From: the human T2T-CHM13v2.0 reference genome, Homo sapiens
Assembly (NCBI RefSeq): GCF_009914755.1
Contig: NC_060928.1
Direction: 5' to 3' (one strand)
Length of the DNA stretch: 64,000 nucleotides
Shown: positions 26,791-39,590 of the stretch, in pieces
Numbering within the stretch: position 1 is the stretch's first letter
Layout of the letters: every line of letters begins with the position of its first letter
Program-made: the position numbers and the translations under genes
The notes under the pieces: generated by a model
What the model was told of the DNA's origin: nothing
The model's input: only the letters and a program-made list of their open reading frames with translations
Database searches by the model: none

Positions 26791-28986
26791 TATAAAAACT
26801 TTAAATCAGTTCCCCACTGTAAAACTATAAGATGACTTTATTAATTTGTACAGCACTGTAAGATATTTCTTCAATTTTAACAAGATTCATTTTTGTGTGC
26901 TTTAGGCTCATCATGTATTATGTGACTGAAGCGCTTGACATTAAAGTTTATAAATCATATAGTATAACAGAGATTACAGTGATTGAACAGTATTGCGTGG
27001 CATTAAGGTTTCCAACTTTGACTGAAAATTTGAATTTGACCAATCATGTCTGAAATAAAAGGAAAAAGCAAACCTTTTTCAAGAAGTTATGCATCATATT
27101 TATGCTTGTGCAACATTTTTGATTACTACTGGTAATCTTTTTGAAAGAAAATCAACAAAAGAAGAACTCCAAACAGGACTTTTATTTCTCTAATGTGTTT
27201 AATAAAATCCAGCAAACATATTAAAAAGTATAGTTTTTATTGGACAGTGGGATGGATAGTAAGATTTTTCATTGGAAAGTGCAGTTAGCATAATCAGTAA
27301 AGTTTTGATCAGCAGTTTCCAATCCAGATTGTCAGCTGTGTTGTACAGGTATGTGTAGTAAACACTGCAAAAAAAGAGGTGTGGACTTCAGTCCACACTG
27401 AAGTTGTGATGTAACTAAGTTGATGAGTAACTAAGTACCTGCATTCTGAAAGTGATTCTAAAATAAGTTCAAAACCATTTTTGGAAGTATTTTATTAACT
27501 GCTTTAATGGAATAAATTATTATTTCCCCTTTTTATCTTGTGCTCCTTTTGCATTTCTTCATTTCTTTTGTTATTTTGTTTTTAATGGCTGTGGCGGGGG
27601 GCAATGGATGTCATAACTTCTCCGTTTCAGACTCATCACAGGTTCATTTCCAGTCTTGTCAGTTCTGTGAAATGTGCCATATCTGAGATCCACACAATTG
27701 ATTTTTTTGACACTAAGGTCACTATGTAGTAGATACTAACTAATAGTAGTAAGGGAAGAAAATAAAAGCACATGGAAAGGAAATACACATGCAGAGAAGA
27801 AATATTTCATATTGGAAAAATATCCACAAAAATCCAGGGGTATTTGAAGATGTGACTCTACCAGATAAATGCCTCTCTGACTCTTCCTAAAAGCTTTCAC
27901 TTCTGAAATGTACAATCTACCAAGCCAGTCAAAGCAAAACAAGAAAAAACTGTCTAGTGTTGTTTGTTTGTTTGTTTGTTTTGCCAGCCCTTAAATATTT
28001 ATACTTTAAAAGGTAAATATACTAGCATAGGAATCAATTCATTGGATATCTACTCCAGCAGTTAATAATCACTTTTCTCGAACCTGCTCAAAATGACATT
28101 TTTGAAATGTCACTAATGTAATTTGACTAACTTAAAATTACAGATTTCACATAATCCTGGCCATACTTCTCCTGGGAGTTTCAACCTAAGCTGTACTTGA
28201 TCCATAAAGGAGTGATTCTGTACCTAATCCTTTTTTGTTTTGTTCTATTTTTTCCAGAGAATGTTTGTAATAACTTCTCAAAGGCATAGCATAAATCATA
28301 TAACAGAAATGTTTTACTTCATATTCTTTGACAATTTGCAAAACATATAATTCTGCTGTGTGTGTGTATATATATATATATTCATATACACACTTATATT
28401 TGATTCGACTCCTAACTACTTTTCTAGGAGACATTAGGTTAATTTCTTTAATTCAATAAGGGCAACAAAATATCAATCTAAAGTAAATTTTGGAGACTAT
28501 ACATACATAGTTTTGAGCAATTGGTACATGACTCTTGTAGGCTGATTGTTAAAATGGCTATAATTATTCATTTTCACTGTCTACCAAGGAGACTTTGCAT
28601 CTCTGAACGTGAAGAGTTGGGATTTATTTTCTTTACTCTTGAGTCTGTTTTGACCCTATGACATGCCGTGTCCAATTAAGTGAGACAAAAGTGCTCTGCC
28701 AACCTAAGTCTAAGCCTCCGATGGACCTTGAACTCTTCTGCTTTCTCTCCAGGAAACCTGACATTGACATGTGGGAGACCAGCCATTATGGTGAAGGAAA
28801 AGAGACCACAAGAAAGAGACCTAAAGATCTCTCTAACCATCAGCAAACCCCAAGAAGCAGAGCTGTCTAGCTGATTCTCAGCTAATCACAATGCTTGAGG
28901 AACCCCAGCCAAATCAGAACTTCTTAACTGATCATAACCTAAATTGCCAACCAAAATATGAGCTAAATATGTGGTTACTATTTTAA

Positions 28987-29118
28987 CTCATTTATGCCTG
29001 AGGTTGCAATTTTTTTTACTTTTTGCAATCAGACTTTGGCAATGACTTTGAGCAGTAGGATATAAATAACTCCCACATGCTTAGTGTTCCAATAATGGAA
29101 AACCAGGCATAAATGGGG
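28987..29118 (-). mobile_element. MER85 (piggyBac PGBD3-derived MITE)
   Basis: TTAA at 28983-28986 and 29119-29122. TIRs ctcatttatgcct / aggcataaatggg. Internal 'gagcagtaggatataaataactcccacatgcttag'. Palindrome gttccaataatggaaa at 29086-29101. Confidence 0.93.
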
Positions 29119-29122
29119 TTAA

Positions 29123-29195
29123 CCATTTATGCCTAGTGTTATTATTGGTGACCTCATTTATGCCTAGTGTTCCATTATTAGGACACTAAGCATGC
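29123..29195 (+). mobile_element. Two extra truncated MER85 end fragments, inverted relative to the full copy
   Basis: ccatttatgcctagtgttattattgg (from 29123) and ctcatttatgcctagtgttccattattaggacactaagcatg (about 29153-29194). Confidence 0.88.
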
Positions 29196-29254
29196 TAAGC
29201 TTTAGGGTTGTTTCTTATGGATAAGTTAGGTAATTGACCAAGTATACAAGTAAT

Positions 29255-29700
29255 TGTGGAAGAGAGTGTTAGTTGCCTATCCCAATATCTATAAAGAGTT
29301 TACACTTTGATGAAAAACCTCTTATTTTTAGTAGGTAGCTTACCACTCAAAATAAAAGCTGTTTCCCAGGCTCCATCGCGTCAAGTAGTAACCATTTAAC
29401 TAAGTTCTCATAAATAAAATATAAGAATAAAAATTGTAAGAGATTACTATGAACTCTACTTCAAAAGAAGAGTTTAAGACTTTTGTTTCTCGATTGCTCT
29501 TTCTAATTCCCAGAATATGACTTTGATAGCTGGAATTCTAGTAACCATCTTGAACCATGAAATATTCTTGATGACAGAATACATTTACTGAGGATAGCAG
29601 TAAAAAACAGAAGCTTAGATTTCTCATTTTATCTAGAGCCACCATGCCAGCCCATCAGTATTGATTCCAGACTTTTTGCATATAAGACAAATAAATATAT
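29255..29700 (+). mobile_element. Old MLT1 (H-L class) LTR
   Basis: 'tttcccaggctcc...ccatttaactaagttct', 'ccatcttgaaccatga', 'gagccaccatgccagccc...ccagactttt'. Confidence 0.55.
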
Positions 29701-29789
29701 GAAGCATTAATATTAATAGTATAATTAAGTCATTTTTATAATGTGTTTTCTTATGCAAATACATCCAATTTTAATACACTAACAATTTT

Positions 29790-31200
29790 TATCCAAAAAA
29801 TATAGAGAATACTTGCAAATCAAAAATTAAAAGATTAATAATGCAATAGAAAAATTTGGCAAAGTTATCAAGGCAATGAATGTATAGAAAATAAAAATCA
29901 AATGGCAATTCCATATAAAAAACATATTTCACCTCACTATATTTCAGAGAAACAAACCAAGCAACAATGGAATATCATTTCATATTAGAATGGTGCATGT
30001 TTTTAGATTTGATAATGCCAAGTATTGGTGAGTCTATAGAGCAAGCAAAAATAATAGAGGTTTAGTAACATAGTAATTTAAAAAATGAAAGCAAAACAGG
30101 ATAAGAGCATTTTATTTCTAAATTAATAACTGAAATTTAGCCAGCTGAAACTCAATAACTGACTTGAAAGAGCTTCAAATAACCAAATCAATAAAATATA
30201 AACAGTAAAAATAATACTAAATTATAACTTATGTGACACAATAAATATTCAATATTCATGAGTCAATACAGATAAAAATAAATAATTTAATAAAATATGG
30301 GAGAGAAATGACAGCTTGTCCCTCAGAAGAATTCTTATTTAATTCAGAAGAAATTAGGAAATAGAAAGTCACTATTTGGAAACCACTAAAATAATTGTTG
30401 CAAGCAAGATTAACTGATAAATATTAAATTTAGTGAGTGAGAGTTTAAGGAGAAATGGGATATTTAAATAGTCTAATACTGTCTCCTCCAAGAATTTTTT
30501 TAGTTACTAGGTGAATATTGCAGTTTTACAGTTGAGAAAATGTACAGACACTCCCTTAATCAAGTGATCAAGCTAACATCACCATTAATAAGACAAATTG
30601 AAATCATGAATCTCATGCTCACTGAGAAGAGCAGAACTCTTCAGTGGGATTTTCACCAAAAATGTAAATTCTCAGTCGAATCATGAGTAAACATCAGAAA
30701 AATCCGAATTGCAAGACATTCTAATAAATAACTGGCCATTAGTCTAAAAATGTTTCAAGATCATGAAAGGCAAGTAAAGACTGAGGAATTGCCATAAATT
30801 AGAAACTAAGGAGGCATGAAAACTAATTTAAAATAGGGTCATACTATTTAATTATAGGTTGGGAATATGCAAAAAAAAATCACCATATAGACATTATTTA
30901 GAGATAGATACACACACAAAGTAATAGGAGACAACATGAAGGTGAAATATAAACATTAACTTCAGAACAGGTTTTACATCTCAGATGGGAATGAGGAATG
31001 GGGTAATAAAATGGCATGGAAGGCTTCAACTTATCTTAAATGTATGTATTTTTAAATTGAAAAAAAAAACTAAAACAAATATTGCAAAATATTAGGATCT
31101 GCTGCGACCTTGGCAGAGGCCATACAGAGACTATTCCTCTTATTATTTCTACATTTTTCTATTTTTGAGAATATCATAAGAATAAAATAAGTATAACAAA
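29790..31200 (+). mobile_element. Old L1M (MC/MD/ME) fragments
   Basis: 'ataatgccaagtattggtgag', 'ccttaatcaagtgatcaagctaacatc', 'aatcatgagtaaacatcagaaaaatccgaattg'. Confidence 0.6.
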
Positions 31201-31871
31201 GTACAGAATAAGATAAACAAAAACTTCAAAAAGAAACAAGAGTAATCTGAAAGATAACAATTATTAATTCCTAAGTTAAGCTTATGGCATAGGAAGTACA
31301 AAGGTAGGACATATGATCAATATGATTCGGTAAGTTATCTTATATATGAAGCATTAATAGAAAATTGTTCTAATATTTCAAGTTTAAGAGTGTGTAAGTT
31401 TGCTGACAGAGAATATTGAATGGCCAAGAAGGCATATGTGGTTTTAGATGATTGAACACAATAAGAGATAAAATAGTCCACCAGGAAATCTGAAACATAG
31501 GATTGGATCTCATGAAAGATATTATGAATGGATGGGAGGGGACATAATTAATGCTATAGTTACTTGCAGACAAAAAAAAAGGAAAACAAAAGAAAAAATA
31601 AGGATGCAAATGGGAGAGCAACGAAATAGAAAAATGAACCGCATTTCGAAGTGCCATATCATTGGAGGAAAGACATTTTCAGGTAAGAAGGAGAACCAAG
31701 CCAAAGATATAAAATGAAATCAAAAGGGTCATGAAGGAACGATAAAGAATTTTATAAAGGAAAAGTACTCTGTTGGATACTGTTTACATTTAAATATTTA
31801 TTTCTTCTTCAACTTTCACTTAGTAACAGGTCCTGAGAAAATAAATCATTGTTTAAAAAATTAAAGAAGAT

Positions 31872-32401
31872 TTTTTCTTTTTTTAATTTTTTAAAATTGT
31901 TTATTTCAATCTTTTTTTGGGAACAGGTGGTGTTTGGTTACATGAATAAGTTCTTTAGTGGTGATTTCTGAGATTTTGGTGGCCCCATCAACCGAGCAGT
32001 GTACACAGTAACCAGTGTGTAGTCTTTTATCCCTCGTCACCCCACAGCCTTTCCCCCAAGTGCCCGGAGTCCAGTGTATCATTGTTATGCCTTTGCGTCC
32101 TCATAGCTTAGCTCCCACAAATGAGTGAGAACATACAATATTTGGTTTTCCATTCCTGAGTTACTTCACTTAGAATTATAGTCTCCAGTTCCATCCAGGT
32201 TGCTGCAAAAGCCATTGTTTTGTTCTTTTTTATGACTTAGTAGTAGTCTATCATATATATGATGGAATATATATATATATATATATGTATGTGTGTATAC
32301 ACACACACACACACACACATATACACATACCATATTTTATCTATCCACTCATTGATTGATGACATTTGAGCTGGTTCCATATTTTTGCAATTGTAGATTG
32401 T
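31872..32401 (-). mobile_element. 5'-truncated L1PB 3' end
   Basis: Same 3'UTR type as 1370-1800. 16-bp TSD aaaaattaaagaagat at 31856-31871 and 32402-32417. Confidence 0.9.
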
Positions 32402-33447
32402 AAAAATTAAAGAAGATCTAAATAAATTGAAACACTCATGTTCATAAATGTGAAGACTTGAAAGAGCTAAGATGGCAATACTCCCCAAATTGATTTACAG
32501 GTCCAATACAATTCCCAGCAAACTCATGACTATATTATCTGCATAAACTGAAAAACTAACCCTGAAATTCTTATGGAAATACAAAGGATCCAGAACAGCT
32601 CAAAAAATATGGAAAAGCAAGAACAAAATTTGATGACTCTCATCTTCCATTTTCAAAACATGCTACAAAGTAATAGTAATGAAGCAAGTTTAGTACTGGT
32701 GTAAGGACAGGCATAAAGACCAATGTAATAAATTAGACTTTAGAAATAAACCCTTACATTTATGGTCAGTTGATTTGAATGAGGCTGCAAAGGGGGGAAA
32801 GAATAATCTATTCAACAAATGGTGCTGAGATAACTGGATAACTATATGCAAAAAAAAAAGATGGTGAATTTCTACCTCATACTATATACAAAATTAATTC
32901 AAAATGAATCATGGAATTAAATATAAATGCTAAACCTATAAAATTAATAGAAAAATAGAACTAAAATATTGTGAATTTGCTTAGACAATATTTTCTTAGA
33001 TATGATACCAAAAGCACAATTGATTTTAAATAAATAAATTGAACTTCATATAAACTAAACTTTTTTCTTTAAAGGAATATTTGAGAAAGTAAACAGAAAA
33101 CATAGATAATGGGGAAAATATTTTGAAGTCACCTATATGATAAAAGTTTCATATAGAATATTCAAAGTTCTCATTCAGTTCAATGATAAAAATGTAAAAT
33201 AATCCATTTGAAAATGTACAAGGGATCTCAATTGATATTTCTACAAAGAAGGTACAAAAATGGCAAACACCTTAAAAAGATGCTAAACATAATCACTAGG
33301 GAATTCTAAATTAAAAACACTGTATTATGTAACTTTTCACTCACAGTATGGTGAAAAGATAAAACAGTCAGTAGCATGTGCTGGTGAGGATATGGAGAAA
33401 CTACAATTGTTATACATTTCTGTGGGATTATAAAATGCTGAAGCCCA

Positions 33448-35695
33448 AATAAATGAAAAACCTATCCTGTGTTTATAAATGAAGATAATTAATATTGTTA
33501 AAATATCAATACTACACAAAGTGATGTACAGATTCAATGCAATCCCTATTAAAATTTCAATGTCATTTTTATAGAATAGAACAAACTTCTAAAATTTATA
33601 TGGAACCACAAAAAAAGGAATAGCCAAGGCAATAATGAGCAAAAATAATAAAGCTAGAAACATCAGAGTACCTGACATAAAACTATACTACAAAGACACA
33701 GTAATTAAAACAGCATAGTACTGGCAAAAAAATAAAAATAAAGATAGGCAGACTAACCACTGAAACAAAAATAGAGAGCCCAGAAATAAACCTATGCATG
33801 TATGGTCAATTGATTTTGACAAAGGTACCAAGAATACACAATGTAAAAAGGATAGTCTCATCGATAAATGGTTTTGGAGGAACTGGAAATACACATGCTA
33901 AAGAATGGAATTCGACCCCTGTCTCACACCATATACAAAAAAACAGTCAACATGAATTAAAGATTTAAATATAAGATGAGGAACTATGAAACAACTAGAA
34001 GAAAACATGAGGAGAAAATACATGACATTAGTCTAGGCAATAATTTATTTTATTTAACTCCAAAAATAAAACCAAAATAAACAGGAAACAAAACCAAAAA
34101 TAAACAAATGAGATTAAATAAAACTGAAAAGCTTCTTCATAGCAAAGGAAATAGTTAGCAGTATGAGGAGATAGCTTATGGACAGAGAGAAAATATTGGC
34201 AAACCATACATCCAGTAAGGAGATAATATTCAAAATGTATAAGGAACTCAAACAACTAAATATCAGGACAAGAAAAAAAAAAAGAAAGAAAGAAAGAAAA
34301 AAAAATGGGAAAAGAAACTGAATAGACATTTCCCAAAAAGAAAACATACAAATGGCTGATAGATATATGAAAAAATGCTCATCTCTCATCATTAGAGAAA
34401 TGTAAATTAAAACCATGATGATATATCATTTCACACCTTTCAGAATGGTGATTATCAAAAAGATACAAGATAAGTGTTGGCAAGGATGTGAAGATAAGGG
34501 AAATCTTATACACTGTTGGCGAGGATGTAAATTAGTACAATCACTACAGAACACCCTACAGAGATTCCTCAAAAAACTAAAAATAGGATTACCATATGCT
34601 CCAGCAATCACACTTCTGGGCTTTTACCCAAAAGATTTAAAATCAGTTTGTTGAAGAGATATTTGCACTCCTATGTTCATTGCAGCACTATTCATGGTAG
34701 CCATATGTCCAAGAACAGATAAATGGAAAAGAAAATGTGATATTATACACAATGAAATACTATTCAGCCTTTAAAAAGATGAAAATTCTCTCATATGGGA
34801 CAACATGGATAGTGTGAAAGGAAAATAAAAACATGGCACCCCAATTCACTATGCCAAAAGAAAAAAAAAAGCTGAAAGCTGAGTCATGCAAACAACTGCC
34901 TTTCCTTTTGTTCCTAAGCAAGTAGCTACAGATAAAAGGTTAACTATCTCCTCTATATTCACTTTATATTATGTAAAGTGCCAATTTACTGAGTGGAAGA
35001 CAAATGCATAATTCACTATTCCCCCGCCTGCTCCTTTTCCCTCGCAACATGTGTGTTACCATGTCCTCCCTCTTTACTCTCCAGCCCACTTTTCCCCTTT
35101 AAATATGGAAGTCCTCAAAATGATCTTTGGAGAAAGGCACAGACCACAGACTATTTCTGTGATTCTGTCTTTATTTCTCATAGACATTGTCCTTGACCCT
35201 GGCAAAATAAACTTACAAATTAAGACCTGTCTCAGATACTTTTTGGTTTACAATGTAATTGGAGAGCATAATGCTAAGTAAAATTAGCCAGGTACACAAT
35301 GGCAAATAACACATGCTCTCATCCATACGTGGAATTTAAAACAACCTCATAGAAATACAAGATAGAGTGTTGGTTATAGAAACTGGGGGCTGAGGAGAAT
35401 GATGAGATGATGGGAAAAGAGTAGTCTCAGGTAGAAAGAATTAGGATTTAAAAAAAAATCTATTGCCCAGAGTGATGAATATAGTTAATAATAGTGTGTT
35501 GTACATTTCAAAATTGCTAAGAAGGTAAATTTAAAATGTCCTCACCACAAAAATGGTAAGCATTTGAATTGATGAATATGTTAATTAGTTGATTTAATTT
35601 TTCCACAATGTATTCATAAATCATAACATCACTTTGTACCCAATAAATATATACAATTATAAATTATTAATTTATAATGAATATTTTAAAATTTT
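33448..35695 (+). mobile_element. L1MA-type 3' portion nested in the older L1
   Basis: ORF2 C-terminus repeated (34415..34654 YHFTPFRMVIIKK...CWRGCKLVQ). L1MA 3'UTR 'tatagttaataatagtgtgttgtacatttcaaaattgctaag'. Confidence 0.8.
34813..35252 (+). mobile_element. MER4A-family ERV1 solo LTR
   Basis: Starts TGTGAAAGGAAAATAAAA...CCCCAATTCACTATGCCAAAAG. Has AATAAA. Ends CAGATACTTTTTGGTTTACA. Confidence 0.85.
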
Positions 35696-36230
35696 ATTAA
35701 AATGGGGAAGAATAAAATTGTGAAGCTACTTTGCAAAAAATTGGCAGTGCCTCCAAATCTTAGACATACAATTAGAAATACTACTCCTAGTTATATACTC
35801 CCCCAAAATGAAAACATCTGTACACATAGAAACTTGTATATGAATGCTCATAGCAGTATTATTTTTCTTAACTTACATTTTAGGTTCAGGGTACATGTGC
35901 AGGTTTGTTATACAGGTAAATTGTGGGTGATGGAGGTTTGAGTACAGATTATTTCATCACCCAGGTAATAAACATAGTGCCTGATAGATAGATTTTCCAC
36001 CCTCAACCTTCTCCCACCCTTCACCGTCAAGTAGGTCCTTGTGTTTGTTCTTTGTGTCCATGTGAACTCAATATTTAGCTCCCACTCTTAAGTGAGAACA
36101 TGTAGTATTTAGTTTTCTGTTCATTTGTTAGTTTCTTTAAGATAATGGCCTCCAGCTCCATCCATGTTGCTGCAAAGAACATGATGTTGTTCTTTTTTAT
36201 GGCTGCATAGTATTTCATGGTGTATGTACA

Positions 36231-36312
36231 ATAGTTTGGTGCAAACTGATTGCGGTTTTTGCCATCACTTTAATGGCCAAAACCACAACAAACAACTTTT
36301 GCACCAACCTAA
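36231..36312. mobile_element. MADE1 (Hsmar1 mariner MITE)
   Basis: Near-palindromic 80-mer: tagtttggtgcaaa...gcggtttttgccat cacttta atggccaaaacc...ttttgcaccaacctaa. Confidence 0.9.
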
Positions 36313-37177
36313 CACTACATTTTTGTTATTCAGTCTACCATTGATAGGCATTAGGTTGAATCCATGTCTTTGCTATTGCGAATAGTGATGCAGTAAGTAC
36401 ATGGGTGTGTGTGTCTTTAAGGTAGAACGCTTTAATATGGCTTTGGGTATATCCCCAATAATGGGATTGCTGGGTCAAATGGTTGTACTGTTTTACATTC
36501 TTTGAGAAATCTCTAAACTTCTTTCTACAATGGCTGGACATTAATTTATGCCCACCAGCAGCATATATGCATACTCTTTTCTCTACAACTTTGCCAACAT
36601 GTGTTATTTTTTAACTTTTTATAATAGCCATTTTGACTGGTGTAAGATGGTATCTCATTTTGGTTTTCATGTGCATTTCTTCAGTGATTAGTGATGTTGA
36701 GAATTTTTTTCATATGTCTTCTTTTAAAAAGTGTTTGTCATGTCCTTTGCTCACTTTTTAATGGGATTGTTTTTAGCTCATTAGTTTGTTTAAGTTCCTT
36801 ATAGATACTGAATATTAGACCCTTGTTGGATGCTAGTTTGAAAATATTTTCTTCAGTATTGTAGGTTTTCTGTTTCTCTATTGATAGTTGTTTTTGCTAT
36901 ACAGAAACTCTTTAGTTTCATAAGGTACTACTTACCATTTTGTTTTTGTTGCAATTGCTTTTGGCATCTTCATCATGAAATCTTTGCCAGGGTCTATGTC
37001 CACAATAGTATTTCCTCGGTTACCTTATGGAGTTTTAATAGTTTTAGGTTTTACATTTAAATCTTTAATTCATCTTAAGTTGATTTTCTTGTGTGGTGAA
37101 AGGTAAGGCTCCAGTTTCAGTCGTCTCCATATGGCTAGCCAGCTATCTATCCCAGCACCATTTATTAAATGGAGAGG

Positions 37178-37534
37178 TGACATGTGTCCCCACCCAAATC
37201 TCGAATTGTAGCTCCCATAATTCCCATGTGTCATGAGAGGGACCCGGTGGGAGGTAATTTAATCATGAGGGCAGGTCTTTCCCATCCTCCTGTTCTTGTG
37301 ATGGTGAATGAGTCTCACAAGATCTGATGGTTTTATAAAGGGGAGTTTCCCTGCACAGGCTCTCTCTCTTGCCTCCCACCATGTAATATGTGACTTTCCT
37401 TCTCCTTTGCCTTCCACCATGATTGTGAGGCCTCTGCAGCCATGTGGAGCTGTGAGTTAATTAAACCTCTTTCCTTTATAAATTACCCAGTCTCAGGTAT
37501 GCTTTTATTAGCAGCCTGAGAATAGACTAATACA
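37178..37534 (+). mobile_element. THE1 (B/C-type) MaLR solo LTR
   Basis: 'tgtgtccccacccaaatctc...gtgggaggtaatttaatcatg...ataaattacccagtctcaggtatg...gactaataca'. Confidence 0.92.
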
Positions 37535-39590
37535 GCAGTACTTTTCCCATTGCTTATTATTGTCAACTGTATTGAAGATCAGGTGACTGTAGGTGTGCAG
37601 GTTTATTTCTGTGTTCTCCATTCTGTTCCATTGGTCTATATGTCTGTTTTAGTTCCAGTGCCATACTGTTTTGGTTACTGTGGCCTTGTAATATACTTTG
37701 AAGTCAGGTATCATGATGCCTGTAGCTTTGTTGTTTTGCTTAAAATTGTGTTGGCTATTTGGGCTGTTTTTTGGTTTCATATGAATTTTTAAATAGTTTT
37801 TTCTAGTTTATGTGAAGAAGATCATTGATAGTTTGATAGGAGTAGCAACTGCCAAAATTGCTTTGAGCAGTATGGCCATTTTAACAATATTGATTCTTCA
37901 TATCCATGAGCATGGGATGTTTTTCCATTTGTTTGTGTCTTCTCTGATTTCTTCCAGCAGTGTTTTGTAACTTTCATTGTAGGAATCTTTCACTTCCCTG
38001 GTTAGCTGTATTCCTAGGTATTTTATTTTATTTTTCGTGGTTCTTGTGAATGGCGTTGCATTTTTTATTTGGCTCTCAGATTAAATGTTGTTGGTGTATT
38101 GAAATGCTACCGATTTTCATACACTGATTTTTGTATCAAGAAAGTTTGCTGAAGTTGTTTGTCAGCTGAAGGAGCTTTTGAGCAGAGATTATGGGGTTTT
38201 CTAGGTAGATAATTACATCATCTGCAAACAGAGATAGTCTGACTTTCTCTCTTTTTATTTGGACATCTTATTTTTCTCTCTTGCATGATTGCTCTGGCTA
38301 GCAGTTCCAGTACAATGTTGAATAAGAGTGGTGAGAGTGAGCATCCTTGGCTTGTTCCACTTCTCAAGGGGAATGCTTTCAGCTTTTGCTCATTTAGTAT
38401 TATGTTAGCTGTGGGCTTGTCATAGATGGCTCTTATAATTTTTAGTGCATTCCTTCCATGCCTAGTTTCTTGAAGGTTTTTAACATGAAGGGAATTTGAA
38501 TTATATTGAAAGCCTTTTTGCATATATTAAGATGTTCATGTGAATTTTGTTTTTATTTATCTTTATGTGATGAATCACATTTATTGATTTATGTATATTG
38601 AACTAGCCTTGCAACCCAGGTGTAAAGCAAAGTTGACCAGCCTGGATTAGCCTTTCGATGTGCTGCTGGATTTGGTTTGCTAGTATTTTGTTGAGCATTT
38701 TTCGTCTATGTTCGTCAAGAATATTGGCCCAAAGTTTTTTGTTTGTTTGTTTATTGTGTCTCTACCAGGTTTTGTATCAGAATAATGCTGCCCTGATAGA
38801 ATGAGTTAGGGAGGAGTCTCCCTCTCAATGCTTTGGAATCGTTTCAGCAGAAATTACAACAATTCATTATAAATCAGGTAGAATTCAGCTGTGAAGTCTT
38901 AAGGGCTTTTTCTGATTGGTGGGCTTCTTATTACTGACTCAATTTTGGAACTAATTATTGGTCTGTTCAGGGATTTGATTTCTTCCTGATTTAATCTTGG
39001 GATGCTGTAAGTTTCCAGAAATTTATCTATTTCTTCTAGATTTTCTAGTTTGTGTGCATAGAGGTGTTCATAGTACTCTCTGAGAGTTTTTTCTGTTTCT
39101 TAGGCATCGGTGGTAATGTCCCCTTTGTCATTTCTGATTGTGTTTATTTGTATCTTCTCCCTTTTTTTCTTTATTAGTCTAGCTAGCAGTCTATCAATTT
39201 TATTTATTTTTCAAATAACAAACTGCAGATTTGCTGATCTTTTGTAAGGTTTTTCATGTCTCAGTTTCCTTCAAGTCAACCCTTATTTTGGCTATTTATT
39301 TTCTGCTAGCTTTGGGGTTGGTTTGCTCCTGTTTCTCTAGTTCCTCTAGTTGTGATCTTAGGTTGTTAGTTTGAGATCTTTCTAACTTTTTGTTGTGGGT
39401 ACTTAGTGCCATAAGTTTCCCTCTTAACACTGCTCCCACTGTGTCTCAGGGATTCTGACATGCCGTATCTTTGTTCTCATTAGTTTCGAAGAGTTTCTTG
39501 ATGTCTGCTTTAATTTCATTGTTTACCCCAAAGTCATTCTGGAGTAGTTTGTTTAATTTCCATGTAATTGTATGGTTTTGAGTGATTTTC

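Larger units (their letters stand above)
28536..29245 (+). mobile_element. MLT1 (MaLR) LTR interrupted by MER85
   Basis: MLT1-like 3' end split as 'gtggttactattttaa' | insert | 'ctaagctttagggttgtttcttatg...taattgacca'. Confidence 0.7.
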
